A stretch of DNA of 64,000 bases, taken from positions 73,100,001-73,164,000 of the forward strand of contig NC_087436.1 in assembly GCF_036321535.1 (NCBI RefSeq), written 5' to 3'. This document shows, in pieces, positions 12,051 through 25,203 of the stretch. Positions within the stretch are counted from its first letter, which is position 1. Each line of letters begins with the position of its first letter. Below the pieces are notes generated by a model. It ran no database searches and was not told the origin of the DNA. It saw nothing but the letters and a program-made list of their open reading frames with translations. The position numbers and the translations under genes were made by a program. This stretch comes from Camelus dromedarius (Eukaryota).

Positions 12051-13462
12051 CTCCTTGCCCCTGTTGGATGCACTTGCTTCATTTACTAAATTCTGAGAGA
12101 AGCTCCTCCAGCATTCTATTTGGTTTCTTTTCCATGAGAAAAACTACCATCCTTGCCATTGAACAGACAGTAACAGACATCCAGCCTGTCCTCCATCAAA
12201 TATTTTAGAATCTCTTTGTTCATGACTAGCACCTCTGCTGGTCTAGGTGGTTAGGTTTCAGCAATAACAGACATTTATCTCTAACTAAGAGTGGCCATGG
12301 GTCACTGACCACCATGACCTTCCCAGGCTGTCTTTGCTGCCATATTTACCATCCATATTGGGAAAACAGTTACCAAGAGCATCCCAAGCGGATCACCCGA
12401 GTGTCAGGTATATTTCTCCTGCCCCTATTGTGTAACAGCTGCTCTATCTCTGACTGACAATCAGGGTCAATCACTCCTGCCAGTATGGTGAGTACTTTCT
12501 TTGCCTGCTGGCCTCTTAGACAAGATCTTTCGAGTAACCGAGCAGGAACTTAATCCTATTAATAACCTTTATAGGATTTTGCTGTGTTCCTTGGTGGAAC
12601 CATGACCCCTTTAAAAAACAAGACTATGAAAATGTCAGAATCTGGATTTGTGGAGAAGGGAAGCACAAATCCCAAAGGGGCCACTGGGGTTGATGATAAG
12701 CAAGGTGTCTGTTACTCTCACCTTTTGCTTCCTAGATCTATGCTTTCCACATCTTGCAAACGCAGCACCATAAATATTTAATGATTTGAGGTACAGACCA
12801 CGTCTTAGGGGATAGTGTTCCATCTGCACAGGGTGTTCTCTCCAAGATGGCACCTCAGTTGGACCTCCAACAGACTGTTCTTCCGCTCTGTCAATCCAGC
12901 AGCCTGTGTGTGTGCAGTGGGGTATGTGTTGGTACAGAAAATACCATGGTCACACACCCACTGCTCACCTCCTTTGCTGTATAGTGTTGATCTTTTGCTA
13001 TTATGGTATAATGTTAGTCTTTTGATCCAATGCAATTTTATGTGAGAGCCCATGTTTATGAATCAAACACTTTCTAAGCCCTTGGTTAGTGGTGCTGGCC
13101 AAGGCCCTGCCAACAGAAAAGGCAAACCCATATTTGGAATAGGTGTCAAACCCAATGTGGAAGGATCCTTCAGCCTGGACCCACTGCGGGTAGATCCTTT
13201 TCCTGGTCTGAGTCCCACACAGAGCTGGTGATGTTATGCGTCACACTGGGAATGGATTTAATCAATAATCCCAGTGTGCTGCCCCCAGAAATCAGAGACA
13301 CCTGTCAGGCATTGTCTTCTTTCCTGGTGGTGGGAAGTACACAACGCATAATCTGCCCCTAACTGGAGCAGAATGTTGCAGAGTGCTTCGGACAATTTGA
13401 CTAAAATTTACATTGATGCTGTGGGCCCCTGAATCATGTGAGGGTTTATTTCCCACCCTCTG
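12051..13462 (-). pseudogene. ERV-L internal remnant with RT, integrase and dUTPase fragments
   Basis: Minus-strand translations: RGWEINPHMIQGPTAS (RT, about 13410-13462); FDTYSKYGFAF...LIHKHGLSHKIALDQ (integrase, about 13020-13156); QAAGLTERKNSLLEVQLRCHLGENTL (integrase, ORF 12805-13053); QQAKKVLTILAGVIDPDCQSEIEQLLHN (dUTPase, about 12425-12513). Confidence 0.88.
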
Positions 13463-13467
13463 AACAT

Positions 13468-13640
13468 ACTGTATTAATTTGTATGCTTTCTCTGTTGTTG
13501 CAAAAAAACTACCACCAATGTAACAGCTTAAAACAATACCCATGTATTACCTCACAGTTCTATAGGTTGGAAGACTAGGCAGACTCAACTGGATTTCCTG
13601 TGTGGGGTCTCACGAGGCCAAAGTCATGGTGTCAGTACAC
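13468..13640 (-). mobile_element. MaLR LTR fragment (MLT1)
   Basis: cagcttaaaacaatacccatgtattacctcacagttctataggttggaag matches the recalled MLT1 end. Confidence 0.7.
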
Positions 13641-14159
13641 AGCATCCCAGGCCACCACTGTTAACATGCTGAACAACCACACCACCACCACATGCCACAG
13701 GCTGTCTGTATTCTCCCTACTGTCAGTAAGTGTTAGTTGCTGCTCAATTTTTTTTTTTGCATAATACATCGAACACAATTCACCAAGTAGTCACTATTTG
13801 TATTTACAGCTTTCTCTCTAACCTCTCAAATTAAAACCTGTGGCCTACTTCACCGCCAACTATTCCATGTAAAGAAAACGGTGTGATTGCACCTTTCAAT
13901 GGCATCTCCTTTCCCTGCTGTAAACACGGGTGGTCCTCCTTCAGAATGAATCTTGAGGTATGTTTTCCTATATACATCATGACTTACAAAGTTATTATTA
14001 ATGAAAGGAACAAAACTCTCCTACATCATGGGTTTTCAAGAATAAAGAGAACAAAAAATTGTCAAGCAATTTTCCCTCATATATAACGTGACAAATGTCA
14101 GGAGCTTTTTAAAACTCTGAAATCAGTGGTTTTATAGAGCTGCAAAGCAAAAAACAATT

Positions 14160-14395
14160 TTTTTTTATTTTATTTTTTTAAATTTTTTTATTGAAGTGTA
14201 GTCGACTTGTAATTTTACAAGTGTACAGCACTTGTTAGTTTCAAGTGTACAGCACTTGTTAGTTTCAAGTGTACAGCAAAGTGATTCAGTTATACATATA
14301 CTTTTTTTTCTTTTCAGATTCTTTTATATTATATGTTATTACAAGAAATTGAATATAGTTCCCTGGGTTATACAGTAGGTTCTTGTTGTTTATCT
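14160..14395 (-). mobile_element. Short LINE-1 3'-UTR copy
   Basis: T-rich tail followed by ttgaagtgtagtcg...gttcttgttgtttatct; homologous to the other L1 3' ends in this window. Confidence 0.85.
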
Positions 14396-14719
14396 ACAAA
14401 ATATTTACACTTATTAAGCACTTGTGATAGTAATTGCCCCCTCACATTACATTGCACTGATACTGAGCAGTATACAACAGAACTATGTCATAGAGGAATT
14501 TTACCAATAATCTTCAAACATAGTACTTAACATTAACTTTGTGACTAGTTTTACAAACCCTTGTGATTTGCACAATAAATGCTCATTTTTGTCCTTTAAA
14601 GATTCTTCTTCATTTTTGGTCTCTTCTTTGCCTTTAGCCACAAAATTTATTGGTATTACACTAGAAAGAATCGTTGTGTGCTTATTCTTAGAAAATGTAC
14701 TAGTTTGATTTGAGGTCAT

Positions 14720-15218
14720 TTGTGAAAGAAACTGCTATACAATTCCCATCCTCCTCTAGGATCAGAACCTCACATTTTAGATAGAAGCTGTGCTGCTCAG
14801 ATGGAGGACTACCTGCCTACCTCCCTTGCAGCTGGGATGGTCATGTGACTAAGTTACAGTCTGTGAAATATAAATAGATGGTTTGTGTAGGACTTTTGGG
14901 ATGTCTCCTTGAAAGGGAATGGGTGTGTCCATCCTTACCTCTTTTAGCTGGCTATAGTAGGAGTGTGATGTCTGGAGCTCCAGCAGCCACCTTTGACCTT
15001 GAAGTAACTGTAAGAACAGAAGCTGGGCACTAAGATGGTAGAAAGAGAAAAGAGCCTGGAGCTCTGATGACACCGTGGATTTGACTCACTATACTAACCC
15101 TAGACTGTCTGCCCCCAGACTTCTTTGAGAAAGAGAAATTAATCTCTCTCCATTTCAAGCCACTGTTATTTTGGGGTTAATTACTTAAATACAGCTGAAA
15201 GTATTCCTGGTAGATATA
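14720..15218 (+). mobile_element. MaLR LTR (MLT1J-like)
   Basis: cctcccttgcagctgggatggtcatgtgactaagtt...caagccactgttattttgggg. Confidence 0.75.
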
Positions 15219-15958
15219 TTATTATACTTTATTTTTAAAGGATGGAAAAGCTACTATATCTTCATGCCTCTCTTTGGTGTTTTTCAATGTACAAAGCACT
15301 AAGTATTAGGGAAAATTGAGTTGTCAGTCTGGTAACACTCAAATTTCAGATAACTATTGTTATGCTTTCCAACAATACCTTTGTGTGTGTGTGCAAAAAT
15401 CATTATTTCCATAGATTATCTTGTCCCAGTTGATGAAAATTCACAGTGTACATTCATTACACTCACTTTGTATATTGAAAAGATCTGATCATATATTCTG
15501 AGTTACAGCACCCATGTGACTATTGTTACCATTGTATTTATACTTTGATAAATCTTTTTAAGCCTTTGAATAATTTTGGTAAAAATCAAGATATAATGTA
15601 ACAGCCAAAATCAAAAACACCAAACATGAACAGTAACACCAAATACAACGCAATTGGAGAAAGAGGTGGGGGAAAAACACTCAAACACTCAATTTGCCAG
15701 ATTTTCTATGCACGATAGTTTGTAATGGACTCCCATCAAGTTTAGGTGTGAGGTGGACAGAGAGCTTGCGAGTGTGACAACTATAAAGTAAGATGTTCTT
15801 GCTATGAGAGCACAAAGGGATACACGTGTGTGTAAGGTAACTCACTTCTGTAAACTACCTAAGAGGATGACAAAGAGTGACATTAATTAAAATGTTGATC
15901 ATAAGTTAACGACTAAAGTAACATCTACATATTTTTCAATCTGTAATATTAAGTAAAA

Positions 15959-16320
15959 ACCATAAGATTGTCTACTATGTCTGCGAGTCCATTTCTGTTT
16001 TGTAAATGAGTTCATTAGTGTCCTTTTTCTTTTTTCTTTTCTTATGGTTACGGGGGAAGGAGGGTGGGAAGGGATAAATATGGGTGTTTGAGATTTGCAA
16101 ATGTTAACCACTACATAGAAAAATAAACAAAAAACAAATTTCTTCTGTATAGCACAGGAAACTACATTCAATATCCTGTAACAATCTTTAATGAAAAAGA
16201 ATATGAAAACAAATGTATGTATATATATACATGACTGGAATATTATGCTGTATACCAGAAATTGACACTTTGTAACTGATTATATTTTTGTTTTTAAAAA
16301 AGAACCAAAAATACATATAT
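15959..16320 (+). mobile_element. Short LINE-1 3' end with 5' inversion
   Basis: 15959-16040 is L1 in reverse orientation and 16041 onward is forward. 13-bp TSD atattaagtaaaa at 15946-15958 and 16321-16333. Confidence 0.9.
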
Positions 16321-19300
16321 ATATTAAGTAAAAGCATTGGCAGGAACTGAATGTTAGCTTACAGTTCAAAGAAAACCATTGTGAGCAAATAGAGAAGGAT
16401 GGAATCTCCGTTCCAGCCAAGGGTATGGCAGCTGGGACTACAGGTCAGGCTCCTACAACCTCAGACCCTCCTCCCTTCAAACCTTCAAAACCACTGTCAA
16501 ATAAAGTGACTTTATGGACAGCTTCCCCTTAAGTGTTTATGAGGAGCATCTGCCACTTATGTCATATTCGTTTGTCATATGCCCCTCATGGCTGTATCAT
16601 GTTATCTCTGTGGGTCTCCACACTCCCAGCCAAGAATAAGAAAAGGCCATATGTCTCTACATCTCCTACCTGGGCAAAGAGAGGTGTGGGAAGGAGGGAA
16701 TGCCTACATGTGCAAAGAACTCTTGTTCTGCTGTTTATTTTTGGTCCCTGTGTAGCCTGGGGCAAAATCTATCTGCGTGCAGGAAAGTGATCACAAACTT
16801 TTTGAAATTCACACCCAGCACAAACACAGGAATAAAGATGAACCAAATATTAGCAGGGATAGCTGACTCACGTGGCCTTTTGACACAAGCAATGCTTTTA
16901 GAATATTTTGGTTTGCTAGGACTATAACAGGGCCTCTCTGAAGCCTGTAATTAATCTTACATTGCAAATATGTGAAATTGATATGGACACTGTTTATTGC
17001 TTTTTCCTGTAACATTGTCACGCTTTCTGAGGGCTTCTTGATAAACTGCTGGGACAACCAGTGGTCTGGGGGGCTCCTTCAGACCTCCTGACTCTGAAGT
17101 AGAAATGTCACAGTGAGAGAATAAGTTTATAGCAAAAGAACCAAGAAGCCCTGAAAATACTAATTTGGTGTAAAAGATGGATAAGAAGGGGCTCTGACAG
17201 CTAGTGCACAACCCTCAAGCAAACTAGTTCTAAAACTAGGGTACCTTCTGAATTTGTCAGGAAAACTAAACATCGCAGCAGCCTGTGTGCAGGTCCTTGG
17301 CAACAAGAACATGGTAACTGAGCTATAAGCGACAGCTGCCTAGGAGAACGGATTGTACCTTAAAAGGAAAACATTCCTGTTGTGCGTTATATGGTTTTAT
17401 AATCTCCAGCCTCTGCTCTAATCATAACTCCAAGGTTTACTATAAGCATTTAGAGAAAAATGTCTCTGCCAAGCATAGTTTTATGACTACCCCTGGGCTT
17501 GGGAAAGAAGGACGTATGGTGGGGGCTTTAGTTATTCCATCCTGGGGAAATGTAGGGTTAGAGGATCCCCTCCACCCAGCCCTCTCCAAGTCATTGCTGG
17601 ACAGTGGGTGTAAGTCATCTTTCTGGGCACCAGCAGAGGCACCAGGGGAATGAATCAAAGACCACAAACAGAGCCACTGTGTCTGGCTACTCACAGGTAG
17701 TGCCCTACATGGGTGCAGGGGTGCCATTCCCGGGCTCAACAGTGTCAATGGCACCCCCTGGGGTTGTGCAATGAGGTGACTCTGGCCCCAAAGGACCCTC
17801 TGCCTTAAGATACCTTCTCTTCCAATCTACCCAGTGCACAATTCCCACTACTCCAGAGCCTTTACAAAAACATTTGAAGAACACTTTACAAAGTATAAAA
17901 AAATGATGCAAATCTATGGAATTTAGGGGATTATGGTACTCCTTCTAGTAGCCCCTTTTAACATGTATCAACATGTTACCTAGAGAGACTAATTTATTAG
18001 TATATTAATCCATTCAAATAAATTGACTGGATGATGTAATGTACTTAAAAGCTTAGCAAACTTTAAGGAACTCTACAAATGTAAGGTATATGAATGATGA
18101 TAGTGAGTGCCTGGTGAAGAGATACTCTAATAAACAGAGCCTCAAAAGAGTAAGATGAAGACAGGTAAGTTGAATAGGGGAAAATTGTCCTCATAAACTA
18201 AGGAATGGCTCCAAAGCAGGGGGAGCGACCAGAGACAGCAGAAGGTCGCTGAGATCCCCAGTGCAAAGGGGACTGGGGAGCCCCCAGAGGGTAAATGGAG
18301 ATGTTAAAAATAAACTGCATCCCCTTAACAATTTGCCTGTGCAATCACAAACTCATTCTATTTTGTTTGTCCTTTCTTCTCCTGTATCCATTCTCGTCAG
18401 ACTTTAATTTGTTAAAATAAGAATGAAACTTCTCAGTTCACCCAACCAGGGCTGTTAAAAGATTAATTAAATGTTCAGATCTCCTTGAGTTTCCTCTGCT
18501 GGGAATGAACACCCTGCCTACTTTCTTTCATGTGCTTAATGCTTAATGAAATCTTTGAGGGCCAAGAACTGAAGGCAGCTTCTCGGGTGTGCTTCCTTCA
18601 GTTTCTGCCTTCTCCTCCCTAAGAATTGACGAGGTTTTCCTCCAGAGGACCTCACTCTAAAGTATGTTAATGATATATTATCATTATCTAATGATAAGAG
18701 TATATTAAGGATACATTATCATCAAAGTATATTAATGATATATTACCATTATCTAATGATAATATAATAAAATTATCTTACCATTTTTGCTCCCCCCATC
18801 GCCAAACACACACTAAATTTTAAATTCCTTTAGACAGTGCCAGCATCTTATTGATCTTTCCAATCTCCATGGCTTAACAAGAAAGATGATTAATGCTTGA
18901 AACTGCCTTGATCTCCTGAAGTAAGCAGCCTCACAGGTGTGCTGTCAGCCTCACGTAAGAAAGGCACATTTTATAAAGAAAATTTTAAGGCTCTAACCTG
19001 AAGTACTCAAGAACCTTAACAATTGTTTCTCCTCAACAAATCGGAGATGGTACTTATTACTTTAGTCTTTACCTACAAGTGTTCTGGGCCCCTTGGGGAT
19101 ATAAAAGAACAGGTTTGAAAGAGTCTGTGCTTCTCATGTCAGAGTCCCAAGAGGCTCAGAGAAGCGGCAACAAGATGGACAATGAAACTGAAAATCTGGC
19201 GGGTGGAGACAAATAACAAACAAATGAATAAACTCTACAGGCCCTGGATATGGTCATTGCTAATATATATTCTAAATTTAAACCCAAATGACACTCAATA

Positions 19301-19699
19301 CAATCTCCCTTTCCCATTTGTAAGCAAACTAATGTAGGGTTACATTAAAAATCCTTCTCTTATGTGACATTGCATTTCAAGGGCAAAGCAGAGTACCTGA
19401 CATAAATAGAGTACATAAATTACTTAATGTAATTCCACAAACTTAAGATCGTGGTTAAAGTATTTTTAGCATTTCTTGAAAAGAAAAGTAGTTTAAATCA
19501 AAACCAAAAAGAGTTAGCTGTAAAATATTTTAAAAACTGGTCTGATGGTTTTTCCAGGTCAACTTGGGAAAGCTTAAACTACATTTCCCAGGATTCTTAT
19601 TCTGGGTGTTAAATAGAGTTAGAGTTGGTCTTAATTGGAATTTGCATGGGATTTGGAAAGTGGAAATGAAGCAGCAGCCATTATTCCCTAAGGACATCA

Positions 19700-20068
19700 A
19701 GCTTAGCCAGGGGTGACAGGCAGATGCAGGTGCCAGAGGGTCCCACATTGTTGTCACTCTCTTCTACCCAAGGTCAAATGCTTCTACCTGACTGCTCATC
19801 CTACTGTTTAACAGAGACCCCAGGTTCATCAACAGATGTGTGGCTGTGGGTCCAGACCTCCCATCAGGCCGCCTTTCAGTCTCGCTTTGGCAGCCAGCTA
19901 CACCTGGCTTTCAGATTGACCAGTTGGTGGCTTCCGTGACCCTTCAACTCACCCTTCACACCTTCACTTCCCCAGCCTCCCACAATTATATCAGGTCCAC
20001 TTCCTGCAATCAATCCCTTATCGATAGCTCAGAGAGGTCAGCTTCCTGGTTGAACCCTGATGGTACAA
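19700..20068 (+). mobile_element. Old ERVL-class LTR fragment
   Basis: Ends in gcttcctggttgaaccctgatggtaca, similar to ERVL LTR termini. Confidence 0.45.
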
Positions 20069-20699
20069 GTGGTTAGAAAGGATCATTTAACTCCATTCAC
20101 ATTTGTTGAGCATCCCTTTGGGCCAATTGTCTTCACATATACTAATCTCATGCTATCCTCATGACACCCATGTGAGATTGGCATCATAACTCCCTCCTAC
20201 AGATAGGAAAACAAAAGCTGAAAGGGGTTAACTGGCTTGTCTAAGAGAACCCAGCTTGGAAACAAAGAAGAGTGGAGCAGCACATTTCTTCTTGGCTGCC
20301 AGCCCCTGCCCCAACCCACCTCACACACACAAACATACCCAGCAAAGAAGATGCTACACTTTCACCTTCTCAAGACCAGTTGGAGAAAGAAATGAATGGC
20401 ATCGTGGCTAAGAAAGTAAAGTAATCTAATAATTAGTGAAATGGGGGCTAGGACTAAATTAGAGGCAGATGGGTGGAAGGAGAATTAAGCCTGCTGGCAA
20501 AACTCCACAAATTCTCATGACACCCTTCTGAGGGAGGCGCCACTGCTGTTCTCCTGTTACAGATAGGAAACAAAACAGTATAAATAAAGCCTCTAAGCAA
20601 CTAAATCAAGGGAAAGCAAGTCTTCAAACACACTAGTTCTTCAATGGCAGAATATTCAGTCAGAATTTTGAAAAAGCCACATGATTTTCCCACACAAAT

Positions 20700-20912
20700 A
20701 AAAAGAGAAAAGGAAAAGGGGAGGCTCAAGAGAGAAATAAGAAAAAGAGAAGGTGGAGGGAGAGAAAAAGAGAGGGGAAAGGGGGAGGAAAAGAGAAAAA
20801 AGAGAGAGAAAGAGAGGTGGGAGGGAGGAAGGAAAGAGTGAAGGAAGGAAGGTAGGAGAATGATTGAAGGGAATGATAGGTAAAAAGGCAGAATTGGGAA
20901 GGAATGGGGAGA
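20700..20912 (+). repeat. GA-rich low-complexity tract
   Basis: Directly visible. Confidence 0.85.
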
Positions 20913-22223
20913 GGTTGGCAGATGATCTCCATTTATTCCAACAACATTTCTTGGTCACCTGCTCCAGGTCTGGAACTGTGTATACTCTGGGTGTACGATA
21001 TGAATGTCACCTCCCCTTCCATGGAACTTACTTTCCAGTAAGCAAACCAGACATTAGCCTGCAGTTTTAACAATTGCTATATTGTCTGTAATTTACTTTA
21101 AATTACTTCACAGAATGTGTGATATATAGATGGGCATTTTAATTTATACCCTAGGGGTGGTTGGTTGATATCTGAACAACTCTAATCAGAAATCTACACC
21201 CCAGGGGTGGTATTTGAAAGCCTCTAATCAAAATCCACCCTCCAGGAACAGCTACCATAAAGCTAAAGTTACCTTAATATTTGATCAACAGCAGAAAATG
21301 TGTTATTTGGTATAATAGACATTGGAGATAATGTTTCTTTGGTGAAATAAATGATCTTCCAGTTTTATGGAATGTCTAAAAATATTGTATGGGCTTTACA
21401 GCATTATATTCAAAAAATCTAGGAATCTGCCAAACCTAGTAGCCCTAGGCTTTGGTATTTCTTCTGGTTCTATACCCTATCATTTAGTCAGTATTTGATA
21501 CTGATTAGAAATTTAGCCGAATCCTGCTGCTAAAATATTTTCACATTTGCCTCAAATGAACCCTTTAATTAAGAGCTTGTCTAAATGCATAAAAAGAGAG
21601 AGTGCTAAGATTTCATTGAGCTTACAGAACAGGCTATGTGATGAGTTTTGTGTTTTCTGGGTGATATTTTGTTCTGCAGAATCCATTTTGGGACTCACCT
21701 TGAGTGTAATATCCCTGCTGGTCATGAGTTCTGGAGATGTAATAATTATAATGACCAAGTTAGCTTAGGTCATTTTACAACAGTAATTAATTTCAAATGT
21801 TATAAATGCCTTAAGGGAAAAATACAGGGTAGCATGGAAGCATATGACATATATTTCTGATCTAATTTAATGAATCAGAACTGGAGGTTACATGGGGGCA
21901 GGAGGAAATTAATCCATTGTAGGTAAAAGACCAAAGATCAAAGGAGGTTGGAATATGTAAGGCTGAAAGAAGACTACCTGTGATGAGTGACCTGTGTCAA
22001 AAAGAGATGACATTGGTTAAGATGAAATGTAGCCAAACTGCACAGGCCTTGTAGGTAAAGATTTAACTAGATAACATTAAAACAGGCAAAATGAATGAAT
22101 GAGTGAGAGATTGAATGAGACATTCCAAAACAGAGACCAGAGGAAGGAATCCTAGGTCAAACATACAAATCCTTTCTGTCTGACAACAATCAAAGAGCAA
22201 ACCAAAAAGGAGAAGCTTCATCC

Positions 22224-22732
22224 TGTGAGGCAGGAGGGAAGAGGGCAGGGAACAATCATCAAAAGAATGGCATAGCCTTTATGATACGACATAAATTGGT
22301 TAGAACCAACTACGCCCAATATGGCCAGAAGATTCAACTTCCAGTAGACCTTGATCCTCATTATATGCACATTACAATAAAATTAGCCTTGCAAATGAGA
22401 AATAACCATCATGCACTGACACCATGACACTTCCAGTCAAGATTAAATAAGGACTAAAATCCCTCCTCCCCTTGGGAAAGTGGAGCTAGGTTGAAAATCA
22501 GGAAATATGACCCCAAACCCCTTCTCCCCCAATGAATATTCTGCCCATTCATTTTTACACTCCATATAACCAACTTTCCAAAATAATTCAGTGCAGTGAC
22601 TCACCTAAGTCTGCCTGCACTCCCCCTTGAAAGTGTATATTGCTTAATAAATCTTTCCTTTGCTTTCTTATCTTCAATGTCTCGTTTCCGAATTCTTTCT
22701 GCAACGAGAGAAGAACACACTCTCCAGTAACA
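22224..22732 (+). mobile_element. ERV1-type solo LTR (MER41-like)
   Basis: TG...CA termini (tgtgaggc...gtaaca), AATAAA near 22645 and U5-like aattctttctgcaacgaga. Homologous to the reverse complement of 24625-25203. Confidence 0.8.
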
Positions 22733-23677
22733 CTTGAACAACTTGGATAAGCCTTCAGTGTTAACAAGGAAGAGTAACTGTTCTGATCAAAGCCCCTGGA
22801 CCTAAGTGATTTTTTCTGGTGTCTTATCTTTGTTCTTGGACATAAAGTTTATCCTGTAGGTACTGATATACTGAAAGAGATCTCAGAGATTAGTGGGGTT
22901 CCTTTTGACACTGTGTTTGGCAATGGTGTTTTTGTATCAGTGCCCAAGTAGCCACAGCTCCTTGGTGAACAACAAACCTCATTCATTTGCATAATTGTTT
23001 CCTTTGCTGTTTTCTTTATAAAAAAATAATGAGCCATTATGCACATAATTAAAGCAAGCTTAACAAATGAGGGCCAGGCTGACAAGAATCACATGAGAAG
23101 GTCAAGAGAATTTAGTATCAAGGCCTGTCTGCTAAGCATAAGGCCAATCTAATCTGCACTGTCTCCTGGGAGCAGAAGGACTCCTTGGGGGCCTCTGCTT
23201 TTGGATTTTCACTGAGGTCAGGCTTCCTGCAGAAAACACGATTTGATTTCATCCAGCCCTTCTTCTGTTGCTCTCCTCCTGTCCTTCTCACTGAGAAGTA
23301 TCTGGCTTGTTTATTAGGGCCCTTTGCAACAAATCTTTTGTCTCTTTTCCCACTTTCTCAGAATCAGACATTTTCCCTATAAGCCTTATTAAAAACCTAA
23401 TAGAAATAAGAAAAGTTCTTTAATCCTAAGAAATCTAGTGATAAACTTCATGGAGACCATCATTTCCTTCTTTAAAATAGTAGCAGTCTTCGATCACAGA
23501 GTAGCCAGAGCAAGGCAGAAACTGAAGTCCCTTTTCTCCCAGCTACTATGGGTCTCCTGGCCATGTGACCTCTAAGCAGTTTCTTGCTTCTGGTTCTGGT
23601 AGATTTTCCATCTTACATAGATCCTAGTCAGTTTCCAATCCCTCAGGCTGAATGTTTCAGTTCCAAGAAGGTACCAT

Positions 23678-24248
23678 TGTAAGTAGATTGGTTAAGGGGT
23701 CCTCGGAGAAAGAGAACCAGGCATGGCTGTCCTAAGAAAAACCATTTTGTGATCTAAGCCAGGCCACAATGCTTGCCCTTGAACAGGGTTTAATAATGTA
23801 TTATCTTAAGGGAACAAAGAAATGCAAGAATAGAGAAAAGGCAGTCAAACCACGGTGCAGTGATAAAGCAGAGTTCCTCCCCAAAGGATATACACAATAA
23901 TATATCTTTGAGTTCTACTGGAACTGAGGCCCCCCCACCAACGTGGAGGATGGAATAATGATACTGACCCTGCTGACTTCAATCAACTTAAGCCTAGACT
24001 CTGTCAACCTTTGCCCCAGTTCTCTGCTAAATTCTCCTCTGCTCCAGCCCCTTCATGATTATGCATGTACCCTTAGCTTAAAACCTCCCCAACTTTGCTA
24101 TTTGGGGAGACATTGCTTTGGGAAAGATTCCCAGTGTTCTCCTTACTTGTTGCAAGTAGTAACAAATTCTTCCTTCTCATGATCTTTGTCTTGGTTGTGT
24201 CTTTTGGCTAGACACCCACCAAAAGGTGATACCAGTTTTCGGGTAACA
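23678..24248 (+). mobile_element. ERV1-type solo LTR
   Basis: Termini tgtaag...gggtaaca, 4-bp flanks ccat/ctat, and an LTR-like cttagcttaaaacctcccc...tccttacttgttgcaagta segment. Confidence 0.78.
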
Positions 24249-24359
24249 CTATCAATCACTTCTTGATGTGCCAAATTCCCAGATGATTGTAAGGTAAGGT
24301 CATTGATGAGTGATACAAGTGAACATTCCAGGTCTCCCTGGCCTGGGTTCTGTGTCTCT

Positions 24360-24520
24360 TAGGGTCTGAGGAGCAGCTGCATCACATGAGGGCTTGTTAC
24401 AAATGGAAAATCTCAGGCCCCACTGAAAACCAATTTTAGGCCTACTAAGTCAGAATGGACATTTTAAACAAGATCTCCAGGTAATTATTTCCACATTAAA
24501 GTTTGAGAAGTTATGATCTA
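24360..24520. mobile_element. MER5-type MITE
   Basis: aatctcaggccccac...aacaagatctccaggtaatt...taaagtttgagaag. Confidence 0.65.
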
Positions 24521-24624
24521 GGGCATTCAGTGGGACCCATCATATTCAGTTTCTTCTAGAATTTTGACCACTTCCTAGTCAAATTGTTGGGGAAAGAGGA
24601 ATTCTGGTCTTAAGGCTATGAGGA

Positions 24625-25203
24625 TGTTGCAGAAAAATGGGGGTACATGAGGATGGTCATGTCCCAGGTCTTGGGCGAGTCCCTGGGATGTGCCCTGCAG
24701 AGTAAGGGTCCTTGTCCCCGGCTTTGCACAGGAAAAGAATTCAAGAGCAAGCCATAGTAAAGTGAAAGCAAATTTATTTAGAGAGATACACATTACATAG
24801 TCAGAATGTGGTTGTCTCAGAAGGGAGAGCAGCCCCGGGGATGTGGGGGTGTTTAGTTTTTGTGGGCTAGGTAATGTCATATGCTAATAAATGGGATGAT
24901 TATTCCAACTATTTTGAAGTAGGGGCAAGGATTTCCAGGAATTAGGCCACTGCCCACTTTTTGGCCTTTTATGGAACCCTCATGGCACCTATGGGTGTAT
25001 CATTTAGCATGCTAACATATTATAATGAGCATGGAATGAGGCTCAGGGTCTAGTCTACTGGAAGTCAAATCTTCCACCATCTTGGCCTAGTTGATTCTAA
25101 ACTATTTATGTTCTACGCCGTTTATCTCAATGGCTATGTCATTCTTTTAGTGGTTGTGCCCTACCCTGTGCCCAGGGACAGGGAAGATACTATGCGCCTC
25201 ACA
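24625..25203 (-). mobile_element. ERV1-type solo LTR (MER41-like)
   Basis: Termini tgttgc...cctcaca; aaagaattcaagagcaagcc...aaatttatt gives AATAAA on the minus strand. Same family as 22224-22732. Confidence 0.8.
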
